Below, piece after piece: positions 11,697 to 24,645 of a stretch of DNA of 64,000 nt. The translations under genes were made by a program, and so were the position numbers. Under the pieces are notes generated by a model, which did not search any database, had not been told where the DNA came from, and saw nothing but the letters and a program-made list of their open reading frames with translations. Numbering within the stretch: position 1 is the first letter of the stretch; every line of letters begins with the position of its first letter. The stretch spans positions 109,058,001-109,122,000 of the forward strand of contig NC_135809.1 of NCBI RefSeq assembly GCF_964213995.1, written 5' to 3'. This DNA is from Mustelus asterias. Taxonomy: Eukaryota.

Positions 11697-12551
11697 TTTT
11701 CTGCCAATCAGAAGGAAATGGGTTCATGTTTTAGTCGAGGATATTGAGTAAATGTTTTGACTGCAACCTGGTACATTTTTGTGATGGAATGATGTCAACA
11801 GATCGCCAGAATTTCTTCAGGTTTGTGACCCTTAACAAAGTAATGGGTGCAATAGATGGTGGACGCAATACATGTGATGAAATGCATTACGTACAATTGA
11901 AAGAGGGGGTAAGAATTGTTTCTCACTGAGGCATTGATTTGACAACTGTGGCTTCATGTCTTCTTAGACACATTAGCTCAGTCATTCAGAAGTGTTGTCT
12001 GCCAATCAGAAGGAAATGGGTTGATGTACTAGTCCAGGATATTGATTAAATATCTTGACTGAAACCCGGTACATTTCTGTGATGGAATGATGCAGTTAGA
12101 GTCATCCTCATATTTGCATTGGATAAAGCTGCTTTTTTCAAATACAGAAACTGATTTCCATTTCCAATTAGAATGCCCGTTGATGTGTCTTGACATTGAA
12201 GTACCTTTCGTTCCCAATGTTCATGATCCAGGAAAATATTTTGCTCATGAATTCCAGGGCAAATTGGATATCAAAGTTGTGGAATTTTACAGGTAATATT
12301 TGAAACAAATTGTCTGAGCTATATTGAGGGATAGCAGTTAATACTGACGATGAGGAAATAAAAAATGCATGATGCTTGGGATCCTTAATGTAGCACTTAC
12401 CTAAGGAATAGGAATATCTAACCATAGATAAACAAGCAAGGAGGTTAACTAAATTCATGTGCAATATTTGCAATTTAGCCAAAAGCCTTGTTATCACTGT
12501 TCTTTCTACTCCATAACACAATGAGTTTACATTATCATGGTGTACATGTAG

Positions 12552-12644
12552 ACACAATGCGAACATCTTTAGATGAACCAAATGATACTGTGCATAAAGC
12601 TCCAACTGATCAGATTCAAGGACCAAAGGATCAGGAAAATAAAG
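12552..12644 (+). CDS. Repeat exon 1: DTMRTSLDEPNDTVHKAPTDQIQGPKDQENK
   Basis: catgtAG| 93 nt AAAG|gtgggt, phase 1-1, open. Confidence 0.7.
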
Positions 12645-14565
12645 GTGGGTTCAATGAAGAAATATCAAAGGTGCAAAGATTTTATTCATTCATGGTCTGA
12701 GGAACAATGTATAACGTTGAGTTCAATTTCTATTTGTATTGATGTGTTAAGACAGGTTCTGGTTACATTTGTACTTTTTTCTGAGTATGGTCCTGCGGAG
12801 TCTGGAGGCATTCCTTGTATTGTCATGAAGATAGAGGAAGTTTAAATGATCTATATTTGTATTGTTAAGTATTAGAAGTGAGGCTTAATTTAGTCTTGCT
12901 GTGGAAGGAAGTAAGGAGCTGCAGTTAGATTCATGTCATGCAAAGTATTTTGCATCTCGGGTGCAGATAATTTAGGAAGAAAAAATAAGTGGAAACAAGA
13001 ATCCCTGTTATTCAGTCCCAGCGTTCCCGGGCACACAAAGACACAGGGAATGGCAGAATTGCTGTCCTCTGTCTATATGACAGGGAGTGAAGACAGAAGC
13101 TCTGCACTCTCAGATTGTAAATTGAGCAACTTTGCTGAGGAGCAGATTGTGGACAACTCCTGCGTTGGAGTCACAGTTGCGAAAGTCCATATGGTGTAGG
13201 TGTATCCGAAGAGCCTTTGGGGATGTTGTTAGAGGTTTTCAGCCCTGTGACAATGTAGAAATGGACGCATCTTTCCAAGACAGGAATTTGTCAAACGTAA
13301 AGGGGAGTTTAAAAGCAAATTACTGTGGGTTCTGGAATCTGAACCAAAAACAGAAATGCGCGAAATCTCCGCAGGTCTGACAGCATCCGTGGAGAGAGAA
13401 CAGAGCTAATGTTTTGAGTCTCGATGATCTTTTGTCAGAGCTGAAGGCAATAGAAAGTAGGATGAGATTTAGACTGTTGTGGTGAGGGGTGTGGGGGACC
13501 CGTCGGGGCTGGATAGAGAGCCAGAGGTTGGTGAAGGCGGAGAAATTGACAAAGATATTATCGACAGAAAAATGTAGGGAATGTAAATGGTGGTGATCAT
13601 TGCGAAGAAGAATGCTGAGAGCTAAGAAGGGGACGTTGGCCATGTTGGCGTTTCGGTGCCCCTGCTGCCCTTATTGTTGTGGATCTCAGTAGTTGCGATC
13701 TTGAAGCTGCCCTTGAAGAAGTTGTATACGACCAAAAAACCAAAGTATTATTCATCGATGGTGTGGAATGTAGGAAGGTATTCCAGTTAGCTCTAGCCTA
13801 AACATGTCAACAGGTCACTAGAATTTCTTCACGTTTGTGACCCTTAGCAAAGTAATGGGTGCAAGAGATGGTGGACGCAATAAATGTGATGAAATGCATT
13901 ACGTACAATTGAAAGAGGGGGTAAGAATTGTTTCTCATTGAGGCATTGATCTGACAACTGTGGCTTCATGTATTCTTAGACACATTAGGTAAGTCATTCA
14001 GAAATGTTGTCTGCCAATCAGAAGGAAATGGGTTCATGTACGAATCCAGGATATTGAATAAATATCTTGACTGAAGCCCGGTACATTTCTGTGATGGAAT
14101 GCTGCAGTTAGAGTCATCCTCATATTTGCATTGGATAAAGCTGCTTTTTTCAAATACAGAAACTGATTTCCATTTCCAATTAGAATGCCCCTTGATATGT
14201 CCTGACATTGAAGTACCTTTCGTTCACAATGTTCATGATCCAGGAAAATATTTTGCTCATGAATTCCAGGGCAATTTGGAAAACAAGTTGTGGAATTTTA
14301 CAGATAGTATTTGAAACAAATTGCCTGAGCTATATTGAGGGATAACAGTTAATACTGACTATGAGGAATTAAAAAAATGCATGATGCTTGGGATCCTTAA
14401 TGTAGCACTTACCTAAGGAATCGGAATATCTAACCATAGATAAAGAAGCATGGAGGTCAACTAAATTCATGTGCAATATTTGCATTTGAGCCAATGTACT
14501 TCACTGTACTTTCTACTCCATAACATAATGAGTTTACATTATCATGGGTTTTGGTGTTCATATAG

Positions 14566-14658
14566 ACCCAAAGGGAACATCTTCAGATCAAGCAGGGGAT
14601 ACTGTGCATCAAGCTCCATGGGATCAGAATCAAGGAGCAAAGGATCAGGGAAATAAAG
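14566..14658 (+). CDS. Repeat exon 2: DPKGTSSDQAGDTVHQAPWDQNQGAKDQGNK
   Basis: catatAG| 93 nt AAAG|gtgggt, open. Confidence 0.7.
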
Positions 14659-16565
14659 GTGGGTTCAATGAAGAAATATCAAAGATGCAAAGATTTTATT
14701 CATTCATGGTCTGAGGAACAATGTATAACGTTGAGTTCAATTTATATTTCTATTGATGTGTTAAGACAGGTTCTGGTTACATTTGTAGTTTTTTCTGAGT
14801 GTGGTCCTGCGGAGTCTGGAGGCATTCCTTGTATTTTCATGAAGGTAGAGGTAGTTTAAATGGTCTATATTTGTATTGTTAAGTATTAGAAGTGAGGCTT
14901 AATTTAGTCTTGCTGTGTAAGGAAGCAAGGAGCTGCAGTTAGATTCATGTCATGCAAAGTATTTTGCATCTGGGGTGCAGATAATTTCGGAAGAAAAAAT
15001 AAGTGGAAACAAGAATCCCTGTTATTCAGTCCCAGCGTTCCTGGGCACACAAAGACACAGGGAATGGCAGAATTGCTGTCCTCTGTCTATATGACAGGGA
15101 GTGAAGACAGAAGCTCTGCACTCTCAGATTGTAAATTGAGCAACTTTCCTGAGGAGCAGTTTGTGGACAACTCCTGCGTTGAAGTCATAGTTGCGACAGT
15201 CCATATGGTGTAGGTGTATCCGAAGAGCCTTTGGGGATGTTGTTAGAGGTTTTCAGCCCTGTGACAATGCAGAAATGGGCGCATCTTTCCAAGACAGGTA
15301 TTTGTCAAATGTAAAGGGGAGTTGGAAAGCAAATTACTGCGGGTCTGGAATCTGAACCAAAAACAGAAATGCGAGAAATCTCCGCAGGTCTGACAGCATC
15401 TGTGGAGAGAGAACAGAGCTAATGTTTTGAGTCTCGATGATCTTTTGTCAGAGCTGAAGGCAATAGAAAGTAGGATGAGATTTAGACTGTTGTGGTGAGG
15501 GGTGTGAGGGACCCGTCGGGGCTGGATAGAGAGCCAGCGGTTGGTGAAGACGGAGAAATTGACAAAGATATTATCGACAGAAAAATGTAGGGAATGTAAA
15601 TGGTGGTGATCATTGCTAAGAAGGATGCTGAGAGCTAAGAAGGGTACGTTGGCCATGTTGGCATTTCGGTGCCCCTGCTGCCCTTATTGTTGTGGATCTC
15701 AGTAGTTGCGATCTTGAAGCTGCCCTTGAAGAAGTTGTATACGACCAAAAAACCAAAGTATTATTCATCGACGGTGTGGAATGTAGGAAGGTATTCCAGT
15801 TAGCTCTAGCCTAAACATGTCAACAGGTCACTAGAATTTCTTCACGTTTGTGACCCTTAGCAAAGTAATGGGTGCAATAGATGGTGGACGCAATAAATGT
15901 GATGAAATGCATTACGTACAATTGAAAGAGGGGGTAAGAATTGTTTCTCACTGAGGCCTTGATCTGACAACTGTGGCTTCATGTATTCTTAGACACATTA
16001 GGTAAGTCGTTCAGAAATGTTGTCTGCCAATCAGAAGGAAATGGGTTGATGTACTAGTCCAGGATATTGAGTAAATATCTTGACTGAAGCCCGGTACATT
16101 TCTGTGATGGAATGCTGCAGTTAGAGTCATCCTCATATTTGCATTGGATAAAGCTGCTTTTTTCAAATACAGAACCTGATTTCCATTTCCAATTAGAATG
16201 CCCTTTGATGTGTCTTGACATTGAAGTACCTTTCGTTCACAATGTTCATGATCCAGGAAAATATTTTGCTCATGAATTCCAGGGCAAATTGGATAACAAA
16301 GTTGTGGAATTTTACAGATAATATTTGAAACAAATTGTCTGAGCTCTATTGCGGGATAGCAGTTAATACTGACGATGAGGAAATAAAAAATGCATGATGC
16401 TTGGGATCCTTAATGTAGCACTTACCTAAGGAATCGGAATATCTAACCATAGATAAAGAGGCAAATTCATGTGCAATATTTGCATTTGAGCCAATGTACT
16501 TCACTGTACTTTCTACTCCATAACACAATGAGTTTACATTATCATGGATTTTGGTGTTCATATAG

Positions 16566-16658
16566 ACCCAAGGGGAACATCTTCAGATCAACCAGGCGAT
16601 ACTGTGCATAAAGCTCCACCGGATCAGAATCAAGGAGGAAAGGATGAGGAAAATAAAG
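16566..16658 (+). CDS. Repeat exon 3: DPRGTSSDQPGDTVHKAPPDQNQGGKDEENK
   Basis: AG/GT flanked, 93 nt, open. Confidence 0.7.
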
Positions 16659-18564
16659 GTGGGTTCAATGAAGAAATATCAAAGATGCAAAGATTTTATT
16701 CATTCATGGTCTGAGGAACAATGTATAACGTTGAGTTCAATTTCTATTTGTATTGATGTGTTAAGACAGGTTCTGGTTACATTTGTAGTTGTTTCTGAGT
16801 GTAGTCCTGCGGAGTCTGGAGGCATTCCTTGTATTTTCATGAAGGTAGAGGTCGTTTAAATGGTCTATATTTGTATTGTTAAGTATTAGAAGTGAGGCTT
16901 AATTTAGTCTTGCTGTGTAAGGAAGTAAGGAGCTGCAGTTAGATTCATGTCATGCAAAGTATTTTGCATCTCGGGTGCAGATAATTTAGGAAGAAAAAAT
17001 AAGTGGAAACAAGAATCCCTGTTATTCAGTCCCAGCGTTCCTGGGCACACAACGACACAGGGAATGGCAGAATTGCTGTCCTCTGTCTATATGACAGGGA
17101 GTGAAGACAGAAGCTCTGCACTCTCAGATTGTAAATTGAGCAACTTTCCTGAGGAGCAGTTTGTGGACAACTCCTGCGTTGAAGTCATAGTTGCGACAGT
17201 CCATATGGTGTAGGTGTATCCGAAGAGCCTTTGGGGATGTTGTTAGAGGTTTTCAGCCCTGTGACAATGTAGAAATGGGCGCATCTTTCCAAGACAGGTA
17301 TTTGTCAAATGTAAAGAGGAGTTTGAAAGCAAATTACTGCGGGTCTGGAATCTGAACCAAAAACAGAAATGCGAGAAATCTCCGCAGGTCTGACAGCATC
17401 TGTGGAGAGAGAACAGAGCTAATGTTTTGAGTCTCGATGATCTTTTGTCAGAGCTGAAGGCAATAGAAAGTAGGATGAGATTTAGACTGTTGTGGTGAGG
17501 GGTGTGGGGGACCCGTCGGGGCTGGATAGAGAGCCAGAGGTTGGTGAAGACGGAGAAATTGACAAAGATATTATCGACAGAAAAATGTAGGGAATGTAAA
17601 TGGTGGTGATCATTGCTAAGAAGAATGCTGAGAGCTCAGAAGGGGACGTTGGCCATGTTGGCATTTCGGTGCCCCTGCTGCCCTTATTGTTGTGGATCTC
17701 AGTAGTTGCGATCTTGAAGCTGCCCTTGAAGAAGTTGTATACGACCAAAAAACCAAAGTATTATTCATCGATGGTATGGAATGTAGGAAGGTATTCCAGT
17801 TAGCTATCGCATAAACGTGTCAACAGGTCCTAGAATTTCTTCACGTTTGTGACCCTTAGCAAAGTAATGGGTGCAATAGATGGTGGACGCAATAAATGTG
17901 ATGAAATGCATTACGTACAATTGAAAGAGGGGGTAAGAATTGTTTCTCACTGAGGCCTTGATCTGACAACTGTGGCTTCATGTATTCTTAGCCACATTAG
18001 CCAAGTCGTTCAGAAATGTTGTCTGCCAATCAGAAGGAAATGGGTTGATGTACTAGTCCAGGATATTGAGTAAATATCTTGACTGAAGCCCGGTACATTT
18101 CTGTGATGAAATGCTGCAGTTAGAGTCATCCTCATATTTGCATTGGATAAAGCTGCTTTTTTCAAATAAAGAAACTGATTTCCATTTCCAATTAGAATGC
18201 CCTTTGATGTGTCTTGACATTGAAGTACCATTCGTTCACAATGTTCATGATCCAGGAAAATATTTTGCTCATGAATTCCAGGGCAAATTGGATAACAAAG
18301 TTGTGGAATTTTACAGATAATATTTGAAACAAATTGTCTGAGCTCTATTGCGGGATAGCAGTTAATACTGACTATGAGGAAATAAAAAATGCATGATGCT
18401 TGGGATCCTTAATATAGCACTTACCTAAGGAATCGGAATATCTAACCATAGATAAAGAGGCAAATTCATGTGCAATATTTGCATTTGAGCCAATGTACTT
18501 CACTGTACTTTCTACTCCATAACACAATGAGTTTACATTATCATGGATTTTGGTGTTCATATAG

Positions 18565-18657
18565 ACCCAAGGGGAACATCTTCAGATCAACCAGGCAATA
18601 CTGTGCATGAAGCTCCATCGGATCAGAATCAAGGAGCAAAGGATGAGGAAAATAAAG
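18565..18657 (+). CDS. Repeat exon 4 (type B): DPRGTSSDQPGNTVHEAPSDQNQGAKDEENK
   Basis: AG/GT flanked, 93 nt, open. Confidence 0.7.
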
Positions 18658-20563
18658 GTGGGTTCAATGAAGAAATATCAAAGATGCAAAGATTTTATTC
18701 ATTCATGGTCTGAGGAACAATGTATAACGTTGAGTTCAATTTCTATTTGTATTGATGTGTTAAGACAGGTTCTGGTTACATTTGTACTTTTTTCTGAGTA
18801 TGGTCCTGCGGAGTCTGGAGGCATTCCTTGTATTTTCATGAAGATAGAGGCAGTTTAAATGATCTATATTTGTATTGTTAAGTATTAGAAGTGAGGCTTA
18901 ATTTAGTCTTGCTGTGTAAGGAAGTAAGGAGCTGCAGTTAGATTCATGTCATGCAAAGTATTTTGCATCTCGGGTGCAGATAATTTAGGAAGAAAAAATA
19001 AGTGGAAACAAGAATCCCTGTTATTCAGTCCCAGCGTTCCTGGGCACACAAAGACACAGGGAATGGCAGAATTGCTGTCCTCTGTCTATATGACAGGGAG
19101 TGAAGACAGAAGCTCTGCACTCTCAGATTGTAAATTGAGCACCTTTGCTGAGGAGCAGTTTGTGGACAACTCCTGCGTTGAAGTCATAGTTGCGACAGTC
19201 CATATGGTGTAGGTGTATCCGAAGAGCCTTTGGGGATGTTGTTAGAGGTTTTCAGCCCTGTGACAATGTAGAAATGGGCGCATCTTTCCAAGACAGGTAT
19301 TTGTCAAATGTAAATGGGAGTTTGAAAGCAAATTACTGCGGGTCTGGAATCTGAACCAAAAACAGAAATGCGAGAAATCTCCGCAGGTCTGACAGCATCT
19401 GTGGAGAAAGAACAGAGCTAATGTTTTGAGTCTCGATGATCTTTTGTCAGAGCTGAAGGCAATAGAAAGTAGGATGAGATTTTGACTGTTGTGGTGAGGG
19501 GTGTGGGGGACCCGTCGGGGCTGGATAGAGAGCCAGAGGTTGGTGAAGACGGAGAAATTGACAAAGATATTATCGACAGAAAAATGTAGGGAATGTAAAT
19601 GGTGGTGATCATTGCTAAGAAGAATGCTGAGAGCTCAGAAGGGGACGTTGGCCATGTTGGCATTTCGGTGCCCCTGCTGCCCTTATTGTTGTGGATCTCA
19701 GTAGTTGCGATCTTGAAGCTGCCCTTGAAGAAGTTGTATACGACCAAAAAACCAAAGTATTATTCATCGATGGTATGGAATGTAGGAAGGTATTCCAGTT
19801 AGCTATCGCATAAACGTGTCAACAGGTCCTAGAATTTCTTCACGTTTGTGACCCTTAGCAAAGTAATGGGTGCAATAGATGGTGGACGCAATAAATGTGA
19901 TGAAATGCATTACGTACAATTGAAAGAGGGGGTAAGAATTGTTTCTCACTGAGGCCTTGATCTGACAACTGTGGCTTCATGTATTCTTAGCCACATTAGC
20001 CAAGTCGTTCAGAAATGTTGTCTGCCAATCAGAAGGAAATGGGTTGATGTACTAGTCCAGGATATTGAGTAAATATCTTGACTGAAGCCCGGTACATTTC
20101 TGTGATGAAATGCTGCAGTTAGAGTCATCCTCATATTTGCATTGGATAAAGCTGCTTTTTTCAAATAAAGAAACTGATTTCCATTTCCAATTAGAATGCC
20201 CTTTGATGTGTCTTGACATTGAAGTACCATTCGTTCACAATGTTCATGATCCAGGAAAATATTTTGCTCATGAATTCCAGGGCAAATTGGATAACAAAGT
20301 TGTGGAATTTTACAGATAATATTTGAAACAAATTGTCTGAGCTCTATTGCGGGATAGCAGTTAATACTGACTATGAGGAAATAAAAAATGCATGATGCTT
20401 GGGATCCTTAATATAGCACTTACCTAAGGAATCGGAATATCTAACCATAGATAAAGAGGCAAATTCATGTGCAATATTTGCATTTGAGCCAATGTACTTC
20501 ACTGTACTTTCTACTCCATAACACAATGAGTTTACATTATCATGGATTTTGGTGTTCATATAG

Positions 20564-20656
20564 ACCCAAGGGGAACATCTTCAGATCAACCAGGCAATAC
20601 TGTGCATGAAGCTCCATCGGATCAGAATCAAGGAGCAAAGGATGAGGAAAATAAAG
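20564..20656 (+). CDS. Repeat exon 5 (type B, identical to exon 4)
   Basis: AG/GT flanked, 93 nt, open. Confidence 0.7.
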
Positions 20657-22555
20657 GTGGGTTCAATGAAGAAATATCAAAGATGCAAAGATTTTATTCA
20701 TTCATGGTCTGAGGAACAATGTATAACGTTGAGTTCAATTTCTATTTGTATTGATGTGTTAAGACAGGTTCTGGTTACATTTGTACTTTTTTCTGAGTAT
20801 GGTCCTGCGGAGTCTGGAGGCATTCCTTGTATTTTCATGAAGATAGAGGCAGTTTAAATGATCTATATTTGTATTGTTAAGTATTAGAAGTGAGGCTTAA
20901 TTTAGTCTTGCTGTGTAAGGAAGTAAGGAGCTGCAGTTAGATTCATGTCATGCAAAGTATTTTGCATCTCGGGTGCAGATAATTTAGGAAGAAAAAATAA
21001 GTGGAAACAAGAATCCCTGTTATTCAGTCCCAGCGTTCCTGGGCACACAAAGACACAGGGAATGGCAGAATTGCTGTCCTCTGTCTATATGACAGGGAGT
21101 GAAGACAGAAGCTCTGCACTCTCAGATTGTAAATTGAGCACCTTTGCTGAGGAGCAGTTTGTGGACAACTCCTGCGTTGAAGTCATAGTTGCGACAGTCC
21201 ATATGGTGTAGGTGTATCCGAAGAGCCTTTGGGGATGTTGTTAGAGGTTTTCAGCCCTGTGACAATGTAGAAATGGGCGCATCTTTCCAAGACAGGTATT
21301 TGTCAAATGTAAATGGGAGTTTGAAAGCAAATTACTGCGGGTCTGGAATCTGAACCAAAAACAGAAATGCGAGAAATCTCCGCAGGTCTGACAGCATCTG
21401 TGGAGAGAGAACAGAGCTAATGTTTTGAGTCTCGATGATCTTTTTTCAGAGCTGAAGGCAATAGAAAGTAGGATGAGATTTAGACTGTTGTGGTGAGGGG
21501 GACCCGTCGGGGCTGGATAGAGAGCCAGAGGTTGGTGAAGACGGAGAAATTGAAAAAGATATTATCGACAGAAAAATGTAGGGAATGTAAATGGTGGTGA
21601 TCATTGCTAAGAAGAATGCTGAGAGCTAAGAAGGGGACGTTGGCCATGTTGGCGTTTCGGTGCCCCTGCTGCCCTTATTGTTGTGGATCTCAGTAGTTGC
21701 GATCTTGAAGCTGCCCTTGAAGAAGTTGTATACGACCAAAAAACCAAAGTATTATTCATCGATGGTATGGAATGTAGGAAGGTATTCCAGTTAGCTATCG
21801 CATAAACGTGTCAACAGGTCCTAGAATTTCTTCACGTTTGTGACCCTTAGCAAAGTAATGGGTGCAATAGATGGTGGACGCAATAAATGTGATGAAATGC
21901 ATTACGTACAATTGAAAGAGGGGGTAAGAATTGTTTCTCACTGAGGCCTTGATCTGACAACTGTGGCTTCATGTATTCTTAGACACATTAGGTAAGTCGT
22001 TCAGAAATGTTGTCTGCCAATCAGAAGGAAATGGGTTGATGTACTAGTCCAGGATATTGAGTAAATATCTTGACTGAAGCCCGGTACATTTCTGTGATGG
22101 AATGCTGCAGTTAGAGTCATCCTCATATTTGCATTGGATAAAGCTGCTTTTTTCAAATAAAGAAACTGATCTCCATTTCCAATTAGAATGCCCTTTGATG
22201 TGTCTTGACATTGAAGTACCTTTCGTTCACAATGTTCATGATCCAGGAAAATATTTTGCTCATGAATTCCAGGGCAAATTGGATAACAAAGTTGTGGAAT
22301 TTTACAGATAATATTTGAAACAAATTGTCTGAGCTCTATTGCGGGATAGCAGTTAATACTGACTATGAGGAAATAAAAAATGCATGATGCTTGGGATCCT
22401 TAATATAGCACTTACCTAAGGAATCGGAATATCTAACCATAGATAAAGAGGCAAATTCATGTGCAATATTTGCATTTGAGCCAATGTACTTCACTGTACT
22501 TTCTACTCCATAACACAATGAGTTTACATTATCATGGATTTTGGTGTTCATATAG

Positions 22556-22648
22556 ACCCAAGGGAAACATCTTCAGATCAACCAGGCAATACTGTGCATG
22601 AAGCTCCATCGGATCAGAATCAAGGAGCAAAGGATGAGGAAAATAAAG
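22556..22648 (+). CDS. Repeat exon 6 (type B, G4E)
   Basis: AG/GT flanked, 93 nt, open. Confidence 0.7.
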
Positions 22649-24552
22649 GTGGGTTCAATGAAGAAATATCAAAGATGCAAAGATTTTATTCATTCATGGT
22701 CTGAGGAACAATGTATAACGTTGAGTTCAATTTCTATTTGTATTGATGTGTTGTGACTGGTTCTGGTTACATTTGTACTTTTTTCTGAGTATGGTCCTGC
22801 GGAGTCTGGAGGCATTCCTTGTATTTTCATGAAGATAGAGGTAGTTTAAATGATCTATATTTGTATTGTTAAGTATTAAAAGTGAGGCTTAATTTAGTCT
22901 TGCTGTGTAAGGAAGTAAGGAGCTGCAGTTAGATTCATGTCATGCAAAGTATTTTGCATCTCGGGTGCAGATAATTTAGGAAGAAAACATAAGTGGAAAC
23001 AAGAATCCCTGTTATTCAGTCCCAGCGTTCCTGGGCACACAAAGACACAGGGAATGGCAGAATTGCTGTCCTCTGTCTATATGACAGGGAGTGAAGACAG
23101 AAGCTCTGCACTCTCAGATTGTAAATTGAGCAACTTTCCTGAGGAGCAGTTTGTGGACAACTCCTGCGTTGAAGTCATAGTTGCGACAGTCCATATGGTG
23201 TAGGTGTATCCGAAGAGCCTTTGGGGATGTTGTTAGAGGTTTTCAGCCCTGTGACAATGCAGAAATGGGCGCATCTTTCCAAGACAGGTATTTGTCAAAT
23301 GTAAAGGGGAGTTTGAAAGCAAATTACTGCGGGTCTGGAATCTGAACCAAAAACAGAAATGCGAGAAATCTCCGCAGGTCTGACAGCATCTGTGGAGAGA
23401 GAACAGAGCTAATGTTTTGAGTCTCGATGATCTTTTGTCAGAGCTGAAGGCAATAGAAAGTAGGATGAGATTTAGACTGTTGTGGTGAGGGGTGTGGGGG
23501 ACCCGTCGGGGCTGGATAGAGAGCCAGAGGTTGGTGAAGACGGAGAATTTGACAAAGATATTATCGACAGAAAAATGTAGGGAATGTAAATGGTGGTGAT
23601 CATTGCTAAGAAGAATGCTGAGAGCTAAGAAGGGGACGTTGGCCATGTTGGCGTTTCGGTGCCCCTGCTGCCCTTATTGTTGTGGATCTCAGTAGTTGCG
23701 ATCTTGAAGCTGCCCTTGAAGAAGTTGTATACGACCAAAAAACCAAAGTATTATTCATCGATGGTATGGAATGTAGGAAGGTATTCCAGTTAGCTATCGC
23801 ATAAACGTGTCAACAGGTCCTAGAATTTCTTCACGTTTGTGACCCTTAGCAAAGTAATGGGTGCAATAGATGGTGGACGCAATAAATGTGATGAAATGCA
23901 TTACGTACAATTGAAAGAGGGGGTAAGAATTGTTTCTCACTGAGGCCTTGATCTGACAACTGTGGCTTCATGTATTCTTAGACACATTAGCCAAGTCGTT
24001 CAGAAATGTTGTCTGCCAATCAGAAGGAAATGGGTTGATGTACTAGTCCAGGATATTGAGTAAATATCTTGACTGAAGCCCGGTACATTTCTGTGATGGA
24101 ATGCTGCAGTTAGTCATCCTCATATTTGCATTGGATAAAGCTGCTTTTTTCAAATAAAGAAACTGATTTCCATTTCCAATTAGAATGCCCTTTGATGTGT
24201 CTTGACATTGAAGTACCTTTCGTTCACAATGTTCATGATCCAGGAAAATATTTTGCTCATGAATTCCAGGGCAAATTGGATAACAAAGTTGTGGAATTTT
24301 ACAGATAATATTTGAAACAAATTGTCTGAGCTCTATTGCGGGATAGCAGTTAATACTGACTATGAGGAAATAAAAAATGCAAGATGCTTGGGATCCTTAA
24401 TATAGCACTTACCTAAGGAATCGGAATATCTAACCATAGATAAAGAGGCAAATTCATGTGCAATATTTGCATTTGAGCCAATGTACTTCACTGTACTTTC
24501 TACTCCATAACACAATGAGTTTACATTATCATGGATTTTGGTGTTCATATAG

Positions 24553-24645
24553 ACCCAAGGGGAACATCTTCAGATCAAGCAGGCGATACTGTGCATCAAG
24601 CTCCATGGGATCAGAATCAAGGAGCAAAGGATCAGGGAAATAAAG
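24553..24645 (+). CDS. Repeat exon 7 (type A): DPRGTSSDQAGDTVHQAPWDQNQGAKDQGNK
   Basis: AG/GT flanked, 93 nt, open. Confidence 0.7.

Noticed and set aside
11874-11935. Possible C/D-box snoRNA (GTGATGA...CTGA) once per intron, like SNORD115/116 arrays
   Set aside because: Only 56 nt from box C to box D, no in-register terminal stem, no convincing C'/D' boxes, about 620 nt from the acceptor, and the boxes are mutated in several copies. Small-RNA-seq would settle it.
14384-14450. Possible miR-430/302-like hairpin on - (UAAGUGCUACAUUAAGGAUCCC, seed AAGUGC) in each unit
   Set aside because: Manual folding gives a weak stem rich in bulges and G-U pairs. The 5' arm is disrupted by the 13-bp deletion in most copies and the seed is lost in old copies (about 4555 and 5195).
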